Positions 38,027 to 48,877 of a stretch of 64,000 nucleotides of DNA are shown piece after piece. The notes below the pieces were generated by a model. The model did no database searches. It was given only the letters and a program-made list of their open reading frames with translations, and had not been told where the DNA came from. Made by a program: the position numbers and the translations under genes. The DNA lies in contig JBAZJU010000003.1 in NCBI GenBank assembly GCA_041651155.1, forward strand, positions 19,789 through 83,788, read 5' to 3'. Position 1 is the first letter of the stretch. The number at the start of each line of letters is the position of its first letter. Origin of the DNA: Patescibacteria group bacterium (GTDB taxonomy: Bacteria; Patescibacteriota; Patescibacteriia; CAIXNZ01).

Positions 38027-38419
38027 TTATGTTTTTTGAGCAGATACTTTTCTGCCGCTCATTAAGGTTATTCTGACATTTCCTCTGACTGTGCGTGAAT
38101 TAGTCTTTGTTCTTTGGCCTCTGCTAGGCAATCTTTTTTCATGCCGGCTGCCACGATATGATTTAATTTCTTTTAATCTTTTGATGTTTCCCAGGACTTC
38201 TCTTTTTAGATCGCCTTCAATTTTATAATTTTTCTGGATAAATTCTCGTAATTTATTTTCTTCATCAGCGGTTAAATCCTTTGTTCTTTTATTTTTATCA
38301 ATTTTAACCGCAGCTAGAATTTTTTTAGCTGTTGTATTTCCTAAGCCATAAATATAGGTTAAGGAGATTTCTATTCTTTTTTCCTGAGGTATGGTGACAC
38401 CTCCAATACGGATCGGCAT
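38027..38419 (-). CDS. rpsM: 30S ribosomal protein S13
   Basis: [23 protein letters not shown]. Confidence 0.97.
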   Translation of the reverse strand: MPIRIGGVTIPQEKRIEISLTYIYGLGNTTAKKILAAVKIDKNKRTKDLTADEENKLREFIQKNYKIEGDLKREVLGNIKRLKEIKSYRGSRHEKRLPSRGQRTKTNSRTVRGNVRITLMSGRKVSAQKT

Positions 38420-38451
38420 ATTGCAATAATTTAAAATTAAAAATTACAAGG

Positions 38452-38565
38452 TTAGCCTTGTCTTTGCTTATGTTTAGCAATTTTGCAAATTACCCAGACT
38501 CTTTTTTTGCGTCTGATCACTTTGCAGTCTTTGCAGATTTTTTTTACTGATGTTCTGACTTTCAT
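38452..38565 (-). CDS. rpmJ: 50S ribosomal protein L36 (not in ORF track)
   Basis: [37 protein letters not shown]. Confidence 0.95.
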   Translation of the reverse strand: MKVRTSVKKICKDCKVIRRKKRVWVICKIAKHKQRQG

Positions 38566-38617
38566 GGACTAAAAAAATTAAATACAACTATTTAATTACA
38601 TGCTACTTAATTTTTAG

Positions 38618-38860
38618 TTAAAATCTGTAAGTGATACGGCCTTTTGATAAATCATAAGGCGTTAATTCCACTCTAACCTCATCGCCAGGCGATAATCTGA
38701 TTTTATTCATTCTCATTTTGCCAGACAGAAATCCTAGAATTTCTTGTCCGTTTTCCAGCTTAATTTTAAAGCTGCCCGCTGGTAAAAGCTCTAAAATTCT
38801 GCCTTTCATTTCAATAAAATCCTTGCCAGGTTTGGGGGAATTATTGTCGTTTGCTACCAT
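38618..38860 (-). CDS. infA: Translation initiation factor IF-1
   Basis: [26 protein letters not shown]. Confidence 0.96.
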   Translation of the reverse strand: MVANDNNSPKPGKDFIEMKGRILELLPAGSFKIKLENGQEILGFLSGKMRMNKIRLSPGDEVRVELTPYDLSKGRITYRF

Positions 38861-39060
38861 AGTTTAGGTGGTATTTTTTTTATTTTAAACATTAACTAAA
38901 AAATAGATTCATTGCAAGAATCTTAGATATGCAAAAAATCAATAATCTTATGACTAATTATATTAGCTTAAATTAGTGATAAATTAATTATATAGGATTT
39001 AAAATAAATGTCAAGTTTTTAATAATGCGAATCTGCGAAAAACTTAGAATTTACGAATTT

Positions 39061-40929
39061 TTATTCAAGTACGGCTTTAATTCGTCGGATGCCGGCACTT
39101 GATGATTCTTCTTTTTTTATCTTAAATCTACCCAATTCCCCAGTATTTTTTGCATGGGGTCCGCCACAGATTTCTTTGCTAAAATTACCGATTGAATAGA
39201 CTTTAACCTTATCTCCATATTTATGCTCAAAAACACCCATGGCGCCTTGTTTTTTAGCTTCTTCAATAGTCATTTCGTCACTAGCTACAGGTATTTTTTG
39301 GGCTATTTGCTCATTAACTAAATCCTCAACTTCCTTGAGCTGTTCAGGTGTCATTTTCTTATCATAATTAAAGTCAAAACGAAGTCTTTCAGCCGTGATA
39401 TTACTTCCCTTTTGGAGCACTTGCAGACCCAAAACCTGCCTTAAAGCCGCCAGCATTAAATGGGCAGCAGTATGTAATTTAGTAGTCTGTTCAGAGGTAT
39501 CTGCTAAGCCGCCTTTAAACTTGCCTGCTGAAGCAGTGCGGGAAAGCTCCTGGTGTTTTTTAAGTTGGTCATTAAATTTTTTTCGTAACAATTCTTCATC
39601 AATTTTTATGCCACTATTTTTAGCTTCTTCAATGGTCATTTCTAATGGGAAACCATAAGATTGAAAAAGGTCAAAAGCATCTCCATTGTAAAGTCTTTGT
39701 GCAACTTCATCTTCAAGAGATATAAATTCTCCATTTTTTTGTTTTTTTCGAGCTATGGCTGTAAATTTATCCAAACCAAGTTCTAGGGTCTTTTGAAATT
39801 TTTCTTCTTCTTGAACTAATTGGTTTATTATAAATTCCTTATTTTCTTTAACTTCAGGATAAATATCTTTATACATATCAATCACGACTTCCGAGATTTT
39901 AAATGTAAAAGTTGTATTAATTCCTAATTGTTTGCCATAGCGGACTGCACGACGAATCAAACGTCGAATTATGTAACCCTGGCCAACATTTGATGGACTA
40001 ATGCTTTTGTTATCACCCATTATCATTGTGGCTGCTTTAATATGATCAGCAATTATTCTAAATGCTCTTTCATTATCTTGATATTTTTTATTGCTCAATT
40101 CTTCAATCTTTTTTAATAAAGGTAAAAAAAGTTCAGTCTGAAAAACATTTTCATATCCATTTAAAACCGTAATTGTTCTTTCCACGCCCATGCCAGTATC
40201 AACATTCTGTTGTTTTAATTTTTCATATTTTCCGTCAGCTGTCAGATTAAATTCCATAAAAACATCATTCCAGATTTCAATTAAACGGCCGGTTTTAACT
40301 AAATTGCTAAATTTATCATCTAGGGCGCCTGCTTGCGGATTAGTATCATAAAACATTTCAGTATCTGCGCCACAGGGTCCGGTTGCGCCTGCGATCCAAA
40401 AATTATCTTCTTTGCCCAAGGGAATTATTCTAGTGGTATCATCAACATGTTCATTTTTAGCAATTTCATGGGTAATCTTTTCTTTTTTAAAAATATTTTC
40501 CCAGACTTTTAAAGATTCATCGTCTTTAGGAATGCCTTCTTCACCTTTAAAAACCGTAATAAAGATTCTTTGAGGATCTAAACCCAGCCATTTTGGATCA
40601 GTTAAAAATTCCCAAGACCACTGGATGGCTTCTTTTTTAAAATAATCGCCAAATGACCAATTGCCCATCATTTCAAAAAAAGTTAAGTGGCGATTGTCAC
40701 CAACTTCTTCTATATCAGAAGTACGAATACATTTCTGGACATTAGTTACTTTTTTTCCGCCTGGATGAGTTTCACCCATTAAATATGGCACCAAAGGATG
40801 CATGCCAGCAGTGGTAAATAAGACGGTTGGGTCGTTTTCCGGAATTAAAGAAGCGCTGGGTATGACCTTATGCCCTTTGGAAACAAAAAAATCAAGATAT
40901 TTTTGTCTTAATTCTTTAGCAGTTAACAT
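39061..40929 (-). CDS. alaS: Alanyl-tRNA synthetase (short form, no C-Ala domain)
   Basis: DPTVLFTTAGM, HLTFFEM, DTGMG, HTAAH, CGGPH. Confidence 0.95.
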   Translation of the reverse strand: MLTAKELRQKYLDFFVSKGHKVIPSASLIPENDPTVLFTTAGMHPLVPYLMGETHPGGKKVTNVQKCIRTSDIEEVGDNRHLTFFEMMGNWSFGDYFKKEAIQWSWEFLTDPKWLGLDPQRIFITVFKGEEGIPKDDESLKVWENIFKKEKITHEIAKNEHVDDTTRIIPLGKEDNFWIAGATGPCGADTEMFYDTNPQAGALDDKFSNLVKTGRLIEIWNDVFMEFNLTADGKYEKLKQQNVDTGMGVERTITVLNGYENVFQTELFLPLLKKIEELSNKKYQDNERAFRIIADHIKAATMIMGDNKSISPSNVGQGYIIRRLIRRAVRYGKQLGINTTFTFKISEVVIDMYKDIYPEVKENKEFIINQLVQEEEKFQKTLELGLDKFTAIARKKQKNGEFISLEDEVAQRLYNGDAFDLFQSYGFPLEMTIEEAKNSGIKIDEELLRKKFNDQLKKHQELSRTASAGKFKGGLADTSEQTTKLHTAAHLMLAALRQVLGLQVLQKGSNITAERLRFDFNYDKKMTPEQLKEVEDLVNEQIAQKIPVASDEMTIEEAKKQGAMGVFEHKYGDKVKVYSIGNFSKEICGGPHAKNTGELGRFKIKKEESSSAGIRRIKAVLE

Positions 40930-41045
40930 ATGGATATTATATTAAAATAAGCTGGTTTTGACAAGTTTATCTTCTATTGACAGAAATTAAGATTTACGTT
41001 AATTTAAGATAATCATTGGTCTTTAAATCTAGAAAGGAGGATGAC

Positions 41046-41960
41046 ATGGAAAATCCAGCATCTTTGGCACAAAAATATGGCCAGGTAATCATGGGCTTTT
41101 TAACTCAAGCGGTCATAAAACGCGAAGAGTTAAAATCTAAAAAGCCTAAAAATAAGGGAAATCTAATTGTCCCAGCAGGTTTTGAACCAATAATTGGGAA
41201 GATTCAGAGCGCCTTTGGCGGCCTGGGTATATCAGATACATTGAGTGAAGAAAAAAACGCGCCTATAATTTCCGCTAAGTCACTTGCTGAACAGATGAGA
41301 GAATATCTTCATAAATTTCAGATTGAATTTAATTTTGAAATTTATGAGAATGTCTTAAGGGATTTTTTCAACTTAGGGATTTTAATACCTGAGCAAAATC
41401 ACTGGCGTGTAAATACTGAATTTTTTACTCACAAAGCAACTGAGCAATCCTGTATTTCACTGCGTCAAGCCTTAGAAACCAGAATGAAGGGTTTTTTGAA
41501 CAACCATCTTGTTCGGGAAATTATGTTGGCTTTATGCCAATTGGCTGGTTTAACAGCTGAAGAATTAGCATCCATTCCTCTCCATCTGAGGAGATCTGCG
41601 TTTTTCAGGAATATTGGAAGAGGAATGTTGCTTTGGAAGGTTAGATCAAAAGGTATCACCTACGATCCTTTTATGAGGACAATGGATAAATTGGTTAGGC
41701 AGGATATTTTGATTGAAGGTTGTGATGATACCAACACTGAAATCGTCATGATTAATCCTAGCCTTAAGCCTTTTTCCATAATTGTGGAAATTATTAATAG
41801 CCTGGTATTTGCTGAAAAAGCCACAAATGTCGTGGAAATTGAAGTCTCCAATGGCGCCATTACCCCATTTAGCAGCATGGTTAATATGGGTAATCTGGGT
41901 AAGGATCCAAGAGATATTTATCTTTTTTCAGGCTTTGAATTCAATTTACAAGGCCTCTAA
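41046..41960 (+). CDS. Hypothetical protein in stand-alone cassette
   Basis: AAAGGAGG SD; TTGACA-17-TAATTT 40977-41005; terminator AAGTCCCG/CGGGACTT. Confidence 0.65.
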   Translation: MENPASLAQKYGQVIMGFLTQAVIKREELKSKKPKNKGNLIVPAGFEPIIGKIQSAFGGLGISDTLSEEKNAPIISAKSLAEQMREYLHKFQIEFNFEIYENVLRDFFNLGILIPEQNHWRVNTEFFTHKATEQSCISLRQALETRMKGFLNNHLVREIMLALCQLAGLTAEELASIPLHLRRSAFFRNIGRGMLLWKVRSKGITYDPFMRTMDKLVRQDILIEGCDDTNTEIVMINPSLKPFSIIVEIINSLVFAEKATNVVEIEVSNGAITPFSSMVNMGNLGKDPRDIYLFSGFEFNLQGL

Positions 41961-42056
41961 AATGAAATAAGTCCCGCAACACGGGACTTTTATTTTTAGC
42001 AAAATTAAAGCTCCAGACCGCGTTGCAGTGTGGAGCTTTGTTTTTTCTGGCAGAGA

Positions 42057-42740
42057 TTAATCAATAGGGACTCTCGCTAGCACCCAAACTGTTTTGGCAT
42101 GCTTATTGGGAGACGCCCACGTTTCTCTTTTGAATCCTTTAAGATCCTTTTCTTTTCTTTCAAGAAAGTTAGCCAGGTTTTTTTTGGCATCGGCTTTGGC
42201 TGCTTGAAGCGCTTTATGCCTATCATCTTTCTTCTCAGCAAAACCCATGGCATAAAGATAACGATGGCCATTGCATTCGCTGATCAGGATAATAGCCGTA
42301 TACTGGCCATCTTCTGATTGCAGTTGCTTGGCCACGTTTTCAAAAGGCAGAGGTTCTGCCGGAACTTTGGCAACGACGTAAATCGTTTTGCCATTTTGAT
42401 ATGGGCGAGGTTCATTGCTTATTGGATAAACCTCTTTGCCAAAATAATATTCCAGCTTTTTATGCGCGTCGAACTGGGCCGCGCATATTCCATAAGCATG
42501 ATCGATAAATTCAGGGGGGCAAATTTTTCTGGGAATGTCTGGGTTGCGTTTTGGGCTTTCAGTTGCTTCTCCCAGAGCGAAAACGTAGTTTTGATTTTCC
42601 CTTGTGCCCTGCCAAATGATAGGCACTAAAGTTTTTGCCCCAATTGTGACCATGAACATTTCCTGGGGCTGGTCGCTTAGATCAGTGGCTGATACCAAGC
42701 TGGTAAGTAAAAGAACGGTCAGAAATATCATCTTTTTCAC
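42057..42740 (-). CDS. Secreted protein with duplicated LPP20-like domain
   Basis: Signal peptide; YAxGxA...A...A...L pattern twice; consensus promoter 42808-42780. Confidence 0.6.
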   Translation of the reverse strand: MKKMIFLTVLLLTSLVSATDLSDQPQEMFMVTIGAKTLVPIIWQGTRENQNYVFALGEATESPKRNPDIPRKICPPEFIDHAYGICAAQFDAHKKLEYYFGKEVYPISNEPRPYQNGKTIYVVAKVPAEPLPFENVAKQLQSEDGQYTAIILISECNGHRYLYAMGFAEKKDDRHKALQAAKADAKKNLANFLERKEKDLKGFKRETWASPNKHAKTVWVLARVPID

Positions 42741-42872
42741 GGAATATCCTCCATTTGGTTAAATTTTAGGGTATAGAAGATTATAGCATGGATTGTTAGT
42801 TTTGTCAATAATTTTAGGTCAAAATTAAAGCCCCGAGTTTTGCTCGAGGCTTTTATTTACTTTGTTAGCTAT

Positions 42873-43760
42873 TTACTTGAACTGGTTTACAGCCGCATTT
42901 ACGTTCGCAAGTGGAACGGAAATCAGCACAAAAACAGACGCGGGATCCATTATTCTATGAGGGTTTTCTCTCATTGAAGCATCTGAAAATAAATTTGTTC
43001 TGATGTTTGCCTCAATTTTTAAAATGTAGTCTCCCTTTTTATTCTTTGCCTGGCAATAAATGCCGTTTATAGCACCTGCCATGTTTCTTAAGGCATAGCC
43101 GCGAGCAGCAGTTTCCCCGCTTGCCCAGTAAGCTTCTCCCTGAAATTTTGGATTTGGGAAAGCAAAGCCAATAGCGTAAAGGGTATCTCCAACCCGAAAC
43201 ACATTGGCAATATAATCCTTTTGTTTAGGCTCTACATTCGGCAGCGGATGATAAAGCGTCCACCAATCTTTGGGAACTGCTTTATGATTTTCATAGTGCT
43301 CAATGTTTATTGCGTCAGCTGCTTCTATGGCCTGTGCTTCGCTTATGGTTTGTTCCGGTCTTGTCACAGGATCGGCAGCATAAGTTGGAAGCGGCGGTGG
43401 CGGTGGAGCCGGTGGTAAAGCCAGTGCCTGGCCCGAAGGATTGCTTGCCCTTAAACAAGCTCCCAAGACCCAAAGCTGTTGACCATCATGCCAGGTTTCA
43501 ATAACCTGGAAATCTTTGACTTCAGCCACTTTAAGATGGGTTCTCAAAAGCTGAATTGATTGGGTAGTCGCTTCCATCAACGCATTGATGTAGGCTTCGT
43601 CACTTTTTTTGACCATGACGGCTGTGCCCACAGACCAAACAATGTCATCGCCCCACACTGTTTTTTGCAGCCAGGACGGCGCTTTTGTTTCTTCCTGCGC
43701 TAAGGCAAAAAGCGCCAACATTGAAATTATCAAACAACCCAAAATCACTATTTTTTTCAT
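42873..43760 (-). CDS. Secreted paralog with LPP20-like domains and Pro-rich linker
   Basis: Signal peptide, LYAIGFA...VFVLISVP; AAAGGAGG SD; start 43760. Confidence 0.6.
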   Translation of the reverse strand: MKKIVILGCLIISMLALFALAQEETKAPSWLQKTVWGDDIVWSVGTAVMVKKSDEAYINALMEATTQSIQLLRTHLKVAEVKDFQVIETWHDGQQLWVLGACLRASNPSGQALALPPAPPPPPLPTYAADPVTRPEQTISEAQAIEAADAINIEHYENHKAVPKDWWTLYHPLPNVEPKQKDYIANVFRVGDTLYAIGFAFPNPKFQGEAYWASGETAARGYALRNMAGAINGIYCQAKNKKGDYILKIEANIRTNLFSDASMRENPHRIMDPASVFVLISVPLANVNAAVNQFK

Positions 43761-43850
43761 GGAATATTTTCCTCCTTTATTAGTTTTCCATGTTTTTTCA
43801 ACTAAAAAATGGTATCTTAGACTATAACATACCATTTGAGTTCTGTCAAG

Positions 43851-45023
43851 CTATTTAGTATCTTTTAAGGTTAATATTGGATAAAGACCAATTAGTAAAA
43901 TCAGGCCTAAAAGGATAAATAAATAATTGAATTGAGAAAAATATGTAAGGATAACAGCCATAATTGGCGCTACTAAATACGCCAATGGGATTGTAGATCT
44001 AAAGGAATTAATTATATCAATATTTTCAACATCAACTTTTTTGAAAAAATAGGTTTCTCTCATGATTTCTACTATGCTAGCGCCTGTTCTGCCTAAAAAT
44101 AAAATTATGCCCCAAAAAATCAAACTCACTCCAGTAAAATATCCCATTATAATAGAAGAGATAGCCATTAAAATCATGCCAATAATTAGCATTTCTTTCT
44201 CACCCCAATATTTGTCAGCTAAATACCCGGCAGGATATTCAAATACCACGAATGGGATTAGCATAAAAGTGAAAATAATGCCGATTTGTTCCCAGTTTAA
44301 GCCAATATTTTGATTTAAATAAATCGGTCCATAAACAACTTCTACTGCATAAAAAAGCTGAATTAAAAAGGAAACATAAAAAATTTTACGAAAATCTTTG
44401 TTTTTTAAGATTTGGGTTAAGGTGTTATATAGTTTGAATTGTTTTTTAGCATAATGATTGCCAAAATCTTTAAAACGTAAATAAACAATGATAAGCAGTA
44501 CTAGGTTGAGGATTAAACATATATAAAAAAGAGGGATAAAATTAAAATAATGTAAAATTTCGCCGGCTATAAATGGTGAGACAAGCCAACCCAAATTGTA
44601 AATAGTAAAATAGGTTCCTCTGGTTATGCCAGTTGTTGAATTTTTGGTAATAGCTTCTAAGAAAATATCCAAATTTATAAAAGTTAATATTAGCGAAACT
44701 ATAAAAAAAATAAAAGCTAAGCCGATTAAAAGCGGGCTGGCATCAATGATAAAAATAATAAAACAAAATATACGGAGGATAATGCTGACGATTGCGGTTT
44801 TAAAATTACTATATTTAGCAATAAGATTTGGATATAAATTGGTAATAATAAAAGTAATTAAATAAGCAATGAAAAAAATCAAGCCAACAAGTGCCAAACT
44901 TAGATATTGGTTTAAATAAGTTGATTGCGTATAGGCGAATAAAGCATCGCTGACAGCAAAAATAAAAATAGCCAGATATAATAATCTGAATTTATGATTT
45001 GTTCCTATGGTTCGTAATGTCAT
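43851..45023 (-). CDS. MFS transporter
   Basis: ~12 TM helices, GYLADKYWGEK loop. Confidence 0.85.
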   Translation of the reverse strand: MTLRTIGTNHKFRLLYLAIFIFAVSDALFAYTQSTYLNQYLSLALVGLIFFIAYLITFIITNLYPNLIAKYSNFKTAIVSIILRIFCFIIFIIDASPLLIGLAFIFFIVSLILTFINLDIFLEAITKNSTTGITRGTYFTIYNLGWLVSPFIAGEILHYFNFIPLFYICLILNLVLLIIVYLRFKDFGNHYAKKQFKLYNTLTQILKNKDFRKIFYVSFLIQLFYAVEVVYGPIYLNQNIGLNWEQIGIIFTFMLIPFVVFEYPAGYLADKYWGEKEMLIIGMILMAISSIIMGYFTGVSLIFWGIILFLGRTGASIVEIMRETYFFKKVDVENIDIINSFRSTIPLAYLVAPIMAVILTYFSQFNYLFILLGLILLIGLYPILTLKDTK

Positions 45024-45145
45024 GTAAAATGATTAAAATTTGTTAATAATCCTACAAAACTACAAATCTATATACAAAAGTTACAAAAAGTAATTTGTGA
45101 ATTGAGTTATTTTACTAACCCCGAAATTTTTGTATAATTTGTAGA

Positions 45146-46243
45146 TTATTCGTAATTTCGTAGGGTTTTAATAATTATGCCTCCTCCAAGCACTTCCCCA
45201 TTTTTATAAAAAACAGCTGACTGTCCAGGTGTGATCGCTCTTTGTTTTTTTATAAATTTAACTTGATAAATTTTATTATTAACCTTGGTAAGAATGCCTT
45301 TTTCATTTTTATGCCTATAGCGAATCCTAACTTCTAATTTGGCAGGCAATTTTATTTTTTGCAGCCAATTAACTTCTGTTAAATACATTATATCATTAAA
45401 TAAGGCTGGATGTGTATTTTCTTTGGCAACCACAACTTGATTTTTGGTAAAATTTAAATCAACCACATACCATGGTCCGCCATTTAAATCCAAACCTTTG
45501 CGCTGGCCAATGGTATATAAAGCAATGCCTTGATGTTTACCTATTTTTTTGCCTTCAGTGTTAATAATAGCTCCGGATTTTAATTTTAAGTAGCGCTTCA
45601 AAAATTCCTCTGGAGTTTTTTCAGGGATAAAACAAATTTCCTGGGAATCTCGTTTGGCAAAAACAAGTAGATTTAATTTTTGAGCGATTTTTCTAATTTG
45701 CTCTTTTTTGTACTGGCCAACTGGAAAAAGACAATGTCTTAAAATCTCTGGAGTTAAACGATATAAAAAATATGACTGGTCTTTGACTTTATCCTTGCCT
45801 TCCAGTAGATGAAATCCTTTTTTGTCTTTTTTGACCTGGGCATAATGACCTGTTGAAATAAAATCACAACCCAATGCCTTAGCTTTTTCCCAGAATAAAC
45901 CAAATTTAATAAACTGATTGCAGCGCACGCAAGGATTTGGGGTTAATCCCCTCTTATACTGGTCCAAAAAATCAGTGACAATATATTTTTTAAAATCTTG
46001 ATCTAAATTAAAAGTGTAAAGCGGAATTTTTAATTTTTCAGCCACTAATCGCGCATCTACCTTGGCATCAACTGAACAGCATTTATTGGCAATGGTTTGT
46101 TTTTCAGCATAATGAGGGTCAGACCAAAAATGCATAAAAATACCAATGACATCATAGCCTTGTTTTTTTAATAAAGCGGCGGCAACTGAGGAATCAACAC
46201 CGCCAGACATGCCGACAGCGACTTTTAATTTATGTTTTGTCAT
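45146..46243 (-). CDS. mnmA: tRNA 2-thiouridylase
   Basis: SGGVDS, TPNPC, TGHY, KDQSYFL, TPGQ. Confidence 0.97.
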   Translation of the reverse strand: MTKHKLKVAVGMSGGVDSSVAAALLKKQGYDVIGIFMHFWSDPHYAEKQTIANKCCSVDAKVDARLVAEKLKIPLYTFNLDQDFKKYIVTDFLDQYKRGLTPNPCVRCNQFIKFGLFWEKAKALGCDFISTGHYAQVKKDKKGFHLLEGKDKVKDQSYFLYRLTPEILRHCLFPVGQYKKEQIRKIAQKLNLLVFAKRDSQEICFIPEKTPEEFLKRYLKLKSGAIINTEGKKIGKHQGIALYTIGQRKGLDLNGGPWYVVDLNFTKNQVVVAKENTHPALFNDIMYLTEVNWLQKIKLPAKLEVRIRYRHKNEKGILTKVNNKIYQVKFIKKQRAITPGQSAVFYKNGEVLGGGIIIKTLRNYE

Positions 46244-46369
46244 ATATTAATTTTATCGGTTTTGTGACTATTTGGCAAAATTTTTAAATAGATTTTTAGA
46301 TTATAGCGTTATAGATTATAGTTTTTTCTAAAGAAAAAACCGCTGGGCGAACCATGCGGTTTTAGATTT

Positions 46370-47830
46370 TTATTTTTTGTATGTACCCATAGTAATATGA
46401 GCTTGTATAGCGCTTAAAGATCTGGCTGAAAATCCAGAAAAGCAGTTAGCAATTTCCTTTGGGTTACAGCCAGATTTTAATAGTTCGATGGCTTGTTCTT
46501 TGGTGATCAGTTCTTTGTCCGTAGTTGGCTTAATTTCTTCAGGTTTTCTCAAAACCTTCTTTTTCCTGACTTTATTTCGTGGCTTCTTTTCTATTTGATT
46601 ATTATGCTGGGTGTCTTCGAACTCAAGATCTTGATCTTTTTGCATTTGAGTGGAAGAGCCGAGAAAGATGCGCTCGGGAAGTTTATCCATATTTACATTA
46701 TTACGGAGACAATTTGCCAGGCTTGTGTAAATAATATGATAAACTTTCTTGAAATTTTTAATTTGATTTGTGTTAATTCTTAAAATAGTGTCTTGGGAGT
46801 TTTTTTTGATTGAGAATATTTTATGAGCTTTTCTGATGATATGCTCATAATTTACTAGATGATACAAATCAGTTTCCATTGGCGTGCCGTTTGTACTGAT
46901 GTATTTGTATCGTTCTATGTGATTTACGTAGTATGGACGAACTAATAACAAAATTATGGAATAGATAACATTTTGAATTGCAACGTCATTACCATACCGA
47001 TTGAATTGGAATTCATTTACAAGATGATATATGAAATTGTCCTGATGATGAGTAATTAGAATTTCGAATGAGCTTGGATCAAGAATATTTTCGCCTTTTT
47101 CTTTATATAATGCATCTAATTTTTTTGTGTACTCACTGCTGTCCGGATAGCAAAACAACAAAGGAGTTCCTTGGCAAAATGATCTTCCCCAATCGCCGTA
47201 AGATAAGTAGACCATTATAGTTGTCGTAAAGAGATCTCTTGCTTGAGAGATGCTCAAATCAATATCACTTGTGTTGATTATTCGCTCAAATGATTGTAGT
47301 AGTTCATTAGATGATCTTAGCCCATTTGTAGATTTTTCTGTCTCCATACACTTTAAAACCTGAGCATTGCTGATTAGCAAATCTTGCTCCCAGCTCTCTC
47401 TCCTTCCCAAAGTGTTGATGATAAGAGCAGAATTACCGTGTGCTAAAAGTTGTCTGTTCGCGATTAAGCTAATTGATTTCAAAATATTTGCATTCTTTTT
47501 GCATTTATAATCTAAACTTATAATGCGAAAAAATCTTTCATCTGTATCTTGAAAATATTCGTAGTCCCAGCAATTTTCCACTGTTACGCCGAGATTTTGA
47601 TTTTCAATTCGTTGGGCAACAATTGGGTCTTGTTCAAGTATTGTAATATTTTTTCTTAAGATACCCAATTTATCGTAAACTTCTTTAATTTCAAGTGCTT
47701 CAGGCGTTTCTAAACAAACAATTTTTAATTGGGTTGGCTTATATGATGCCTCCTTGATTAAATGTTTGTTAATAAATTCACGAATTTTTTCCCTAGATAA
47801 TCTCTTGGCAGGATCATCATATGATTCCAT
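46370..47830 (-). CDS. Hypothetical protein, possible methyltransferase-like N-domain and C-terminal AHxTMGTY module
   Basis: 486-aa ORF; AAAGGAGG SD; own promoter 47908-47880 and terminator ~46334-46362. Confidence 0.65.
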   Translation of the reverse strand: MESYDDPAKRLSREKIREFINKHLIKEASYKPTQLKIVCLETPEALEIKEVYDKLGILRKNITILEQDPIVAQRIENQNLGVTVENCWDYEYFQDTDERFFRIISLDYKCKKNANILKSISLIANRQLLAHGNSALIINTLGRRESWEQDLLISNAQVLKCMETEKSTNGLRSSNELLQSFERIINTSDIDLSISQARDLFTTTIMVYLSYGDWGRSFCQGTPLLFCYPDSSEYTKKLDALYKEKGENILDPSSFEILITHHQDNFIYHLVNEFQFNRYGNDVAIQNVIYSIILLLVRPYYVNHIERYKYISTNGTPMETDLYHLVNYEHIIRKAHKIFSIKKNSQDTILRINTNQIKNFKKVYHIIYTSLANCLRNNVNMDKLPERIFLGSSTQMQKDQDLEFEDTQHNNQIEKKPRNKVRKKKVLRKPEEIKPTTDKELITKEQAIELLKSGCNPKEIANCFSGFSARSLSAIQAHITMGTYKK

Positions 47831-47940
47831 AGGTTATATCCTCCTTTTCTTTAGTTTTCAAGGTTCTGCTTGATTAATAAAATTAGCAAAAATGACAAAA
47901 TTTGTCAATAGAAAAGGCGCTTCGTATGAAGCGCCTGATT

Positions 47941-48216
47941 TTAGTAAGTTCCCATTGTGAGATGTGCTTTTAAAGCAGCAATTTGCATTATTGTCCAGCC
48001 ATCGTAACTTTGGGTAATTTCTTTGGGAGAATATCCCATTTTGAGCAGTTTGATTATTCTTTGTTTGCTGGGATAAGTCCCCATTGTTAGATGAGCAGAA
48101 AATGCTGCTAATTGCATTTTGGTAAAACCAGTATGCTTCTTTAGAATTTCAATTGGTGTTTTGCCTTGGCGTAAAAGCATGATTGCAGTATTTTTATCAA
48201 TTTTTGTTCTAGCCAT
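47941..48216 (-). CDS. Small protein made of two AHLTMGTY modules
   Basis: Internal duplication; SD, promoter and terminator present. Confidence 0.75.
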   Translation of the reverse strand: MARTKIDKNTAIMLLRQGKTPIEILKKHTGFTKMQLAAFSAHLTMGTYPSKQRIIKLLKMGYSPKEITQSYDGWTIMQIAALKAHLTMGTY

Positions 48217-48292
48217 TAATTCCTCCTTTGAATTCAGATATTATATTCTTACATAAAATTATTTTTCTGTCAATTAAAAAACCGCCTCGGCA

Positions 48293-48877
48293 TTATGCTT
48301 CGGCGGCTTTGTTTCTAGGCCATAAGACCAGTAGAGTAATTATTCCGCATGGGCAGATAAACATCCAAATCGGATAAATCATGATTGAAAATTTTATTGT
48401 TTCAATCGCAAAGATGTTTACCAGATTTCCTGTGGAAAAAAGAGTCCAGGCAAGCTTATCTTCTCCTTCCGGATTTTTATAAGATTTACGCATGGTTGGT
48501 AATCCACCTAAAGTATCCATGGAAAGATTGATGAGCAAAGCGATTAGTGGATTTTTAAAACTGATCCAAAGGACGATGCTTAAGGCAGAAATAATCAAAC
48601 AGTAACGGTCAAAGCGATTCCAGCCACCTTCTCCATAAGGGATTGAAAGAAAAGCAATTGTTAAGGGGCCGATAATATAGCTGACTGGCACCCAAATTGT
48701 GTTACGTGCGCCTGAAGAAAAATAACTGGCTCCAAGCATTAAGCCGACTGCTGACCAAATCCACCAGCTGGCGCGATTTGGTTTGGTCTGTTTTCTCAAA
48801 ATAGCAATAATGTATGGAAGAAACGCGCAGAGTGAAATGATGCCTGCTAATTTCCCAGCTATTACAGATAGATTCAT
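48293..48877 (-). CDS. Membrane protein, PQ-loop/SWEET-like duplicated topology
   Basis: PY...TKPNRASWWIW and PT.RKSY..P..E...W halves; AAGGAGGT SD. Confidence 0.6.
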   Translation of the reverse strand: MNLSVIAGKLAGIISLCAFLPYIIAILRKQTKPNRASWWIWSAVGLMLGASYFSSGARNTIWVPVSYIIGPLTIAFLSIPYGEGGWNRFDRYCLIISALSIVLWISFKNPLIALLINLSMDTLGGLPTMRKSYKNPEGEDKLAWTLFSTGNLVNIFAIETIKFSIMIYPIWMFICPCGIITLLVLWPRNKAAEA

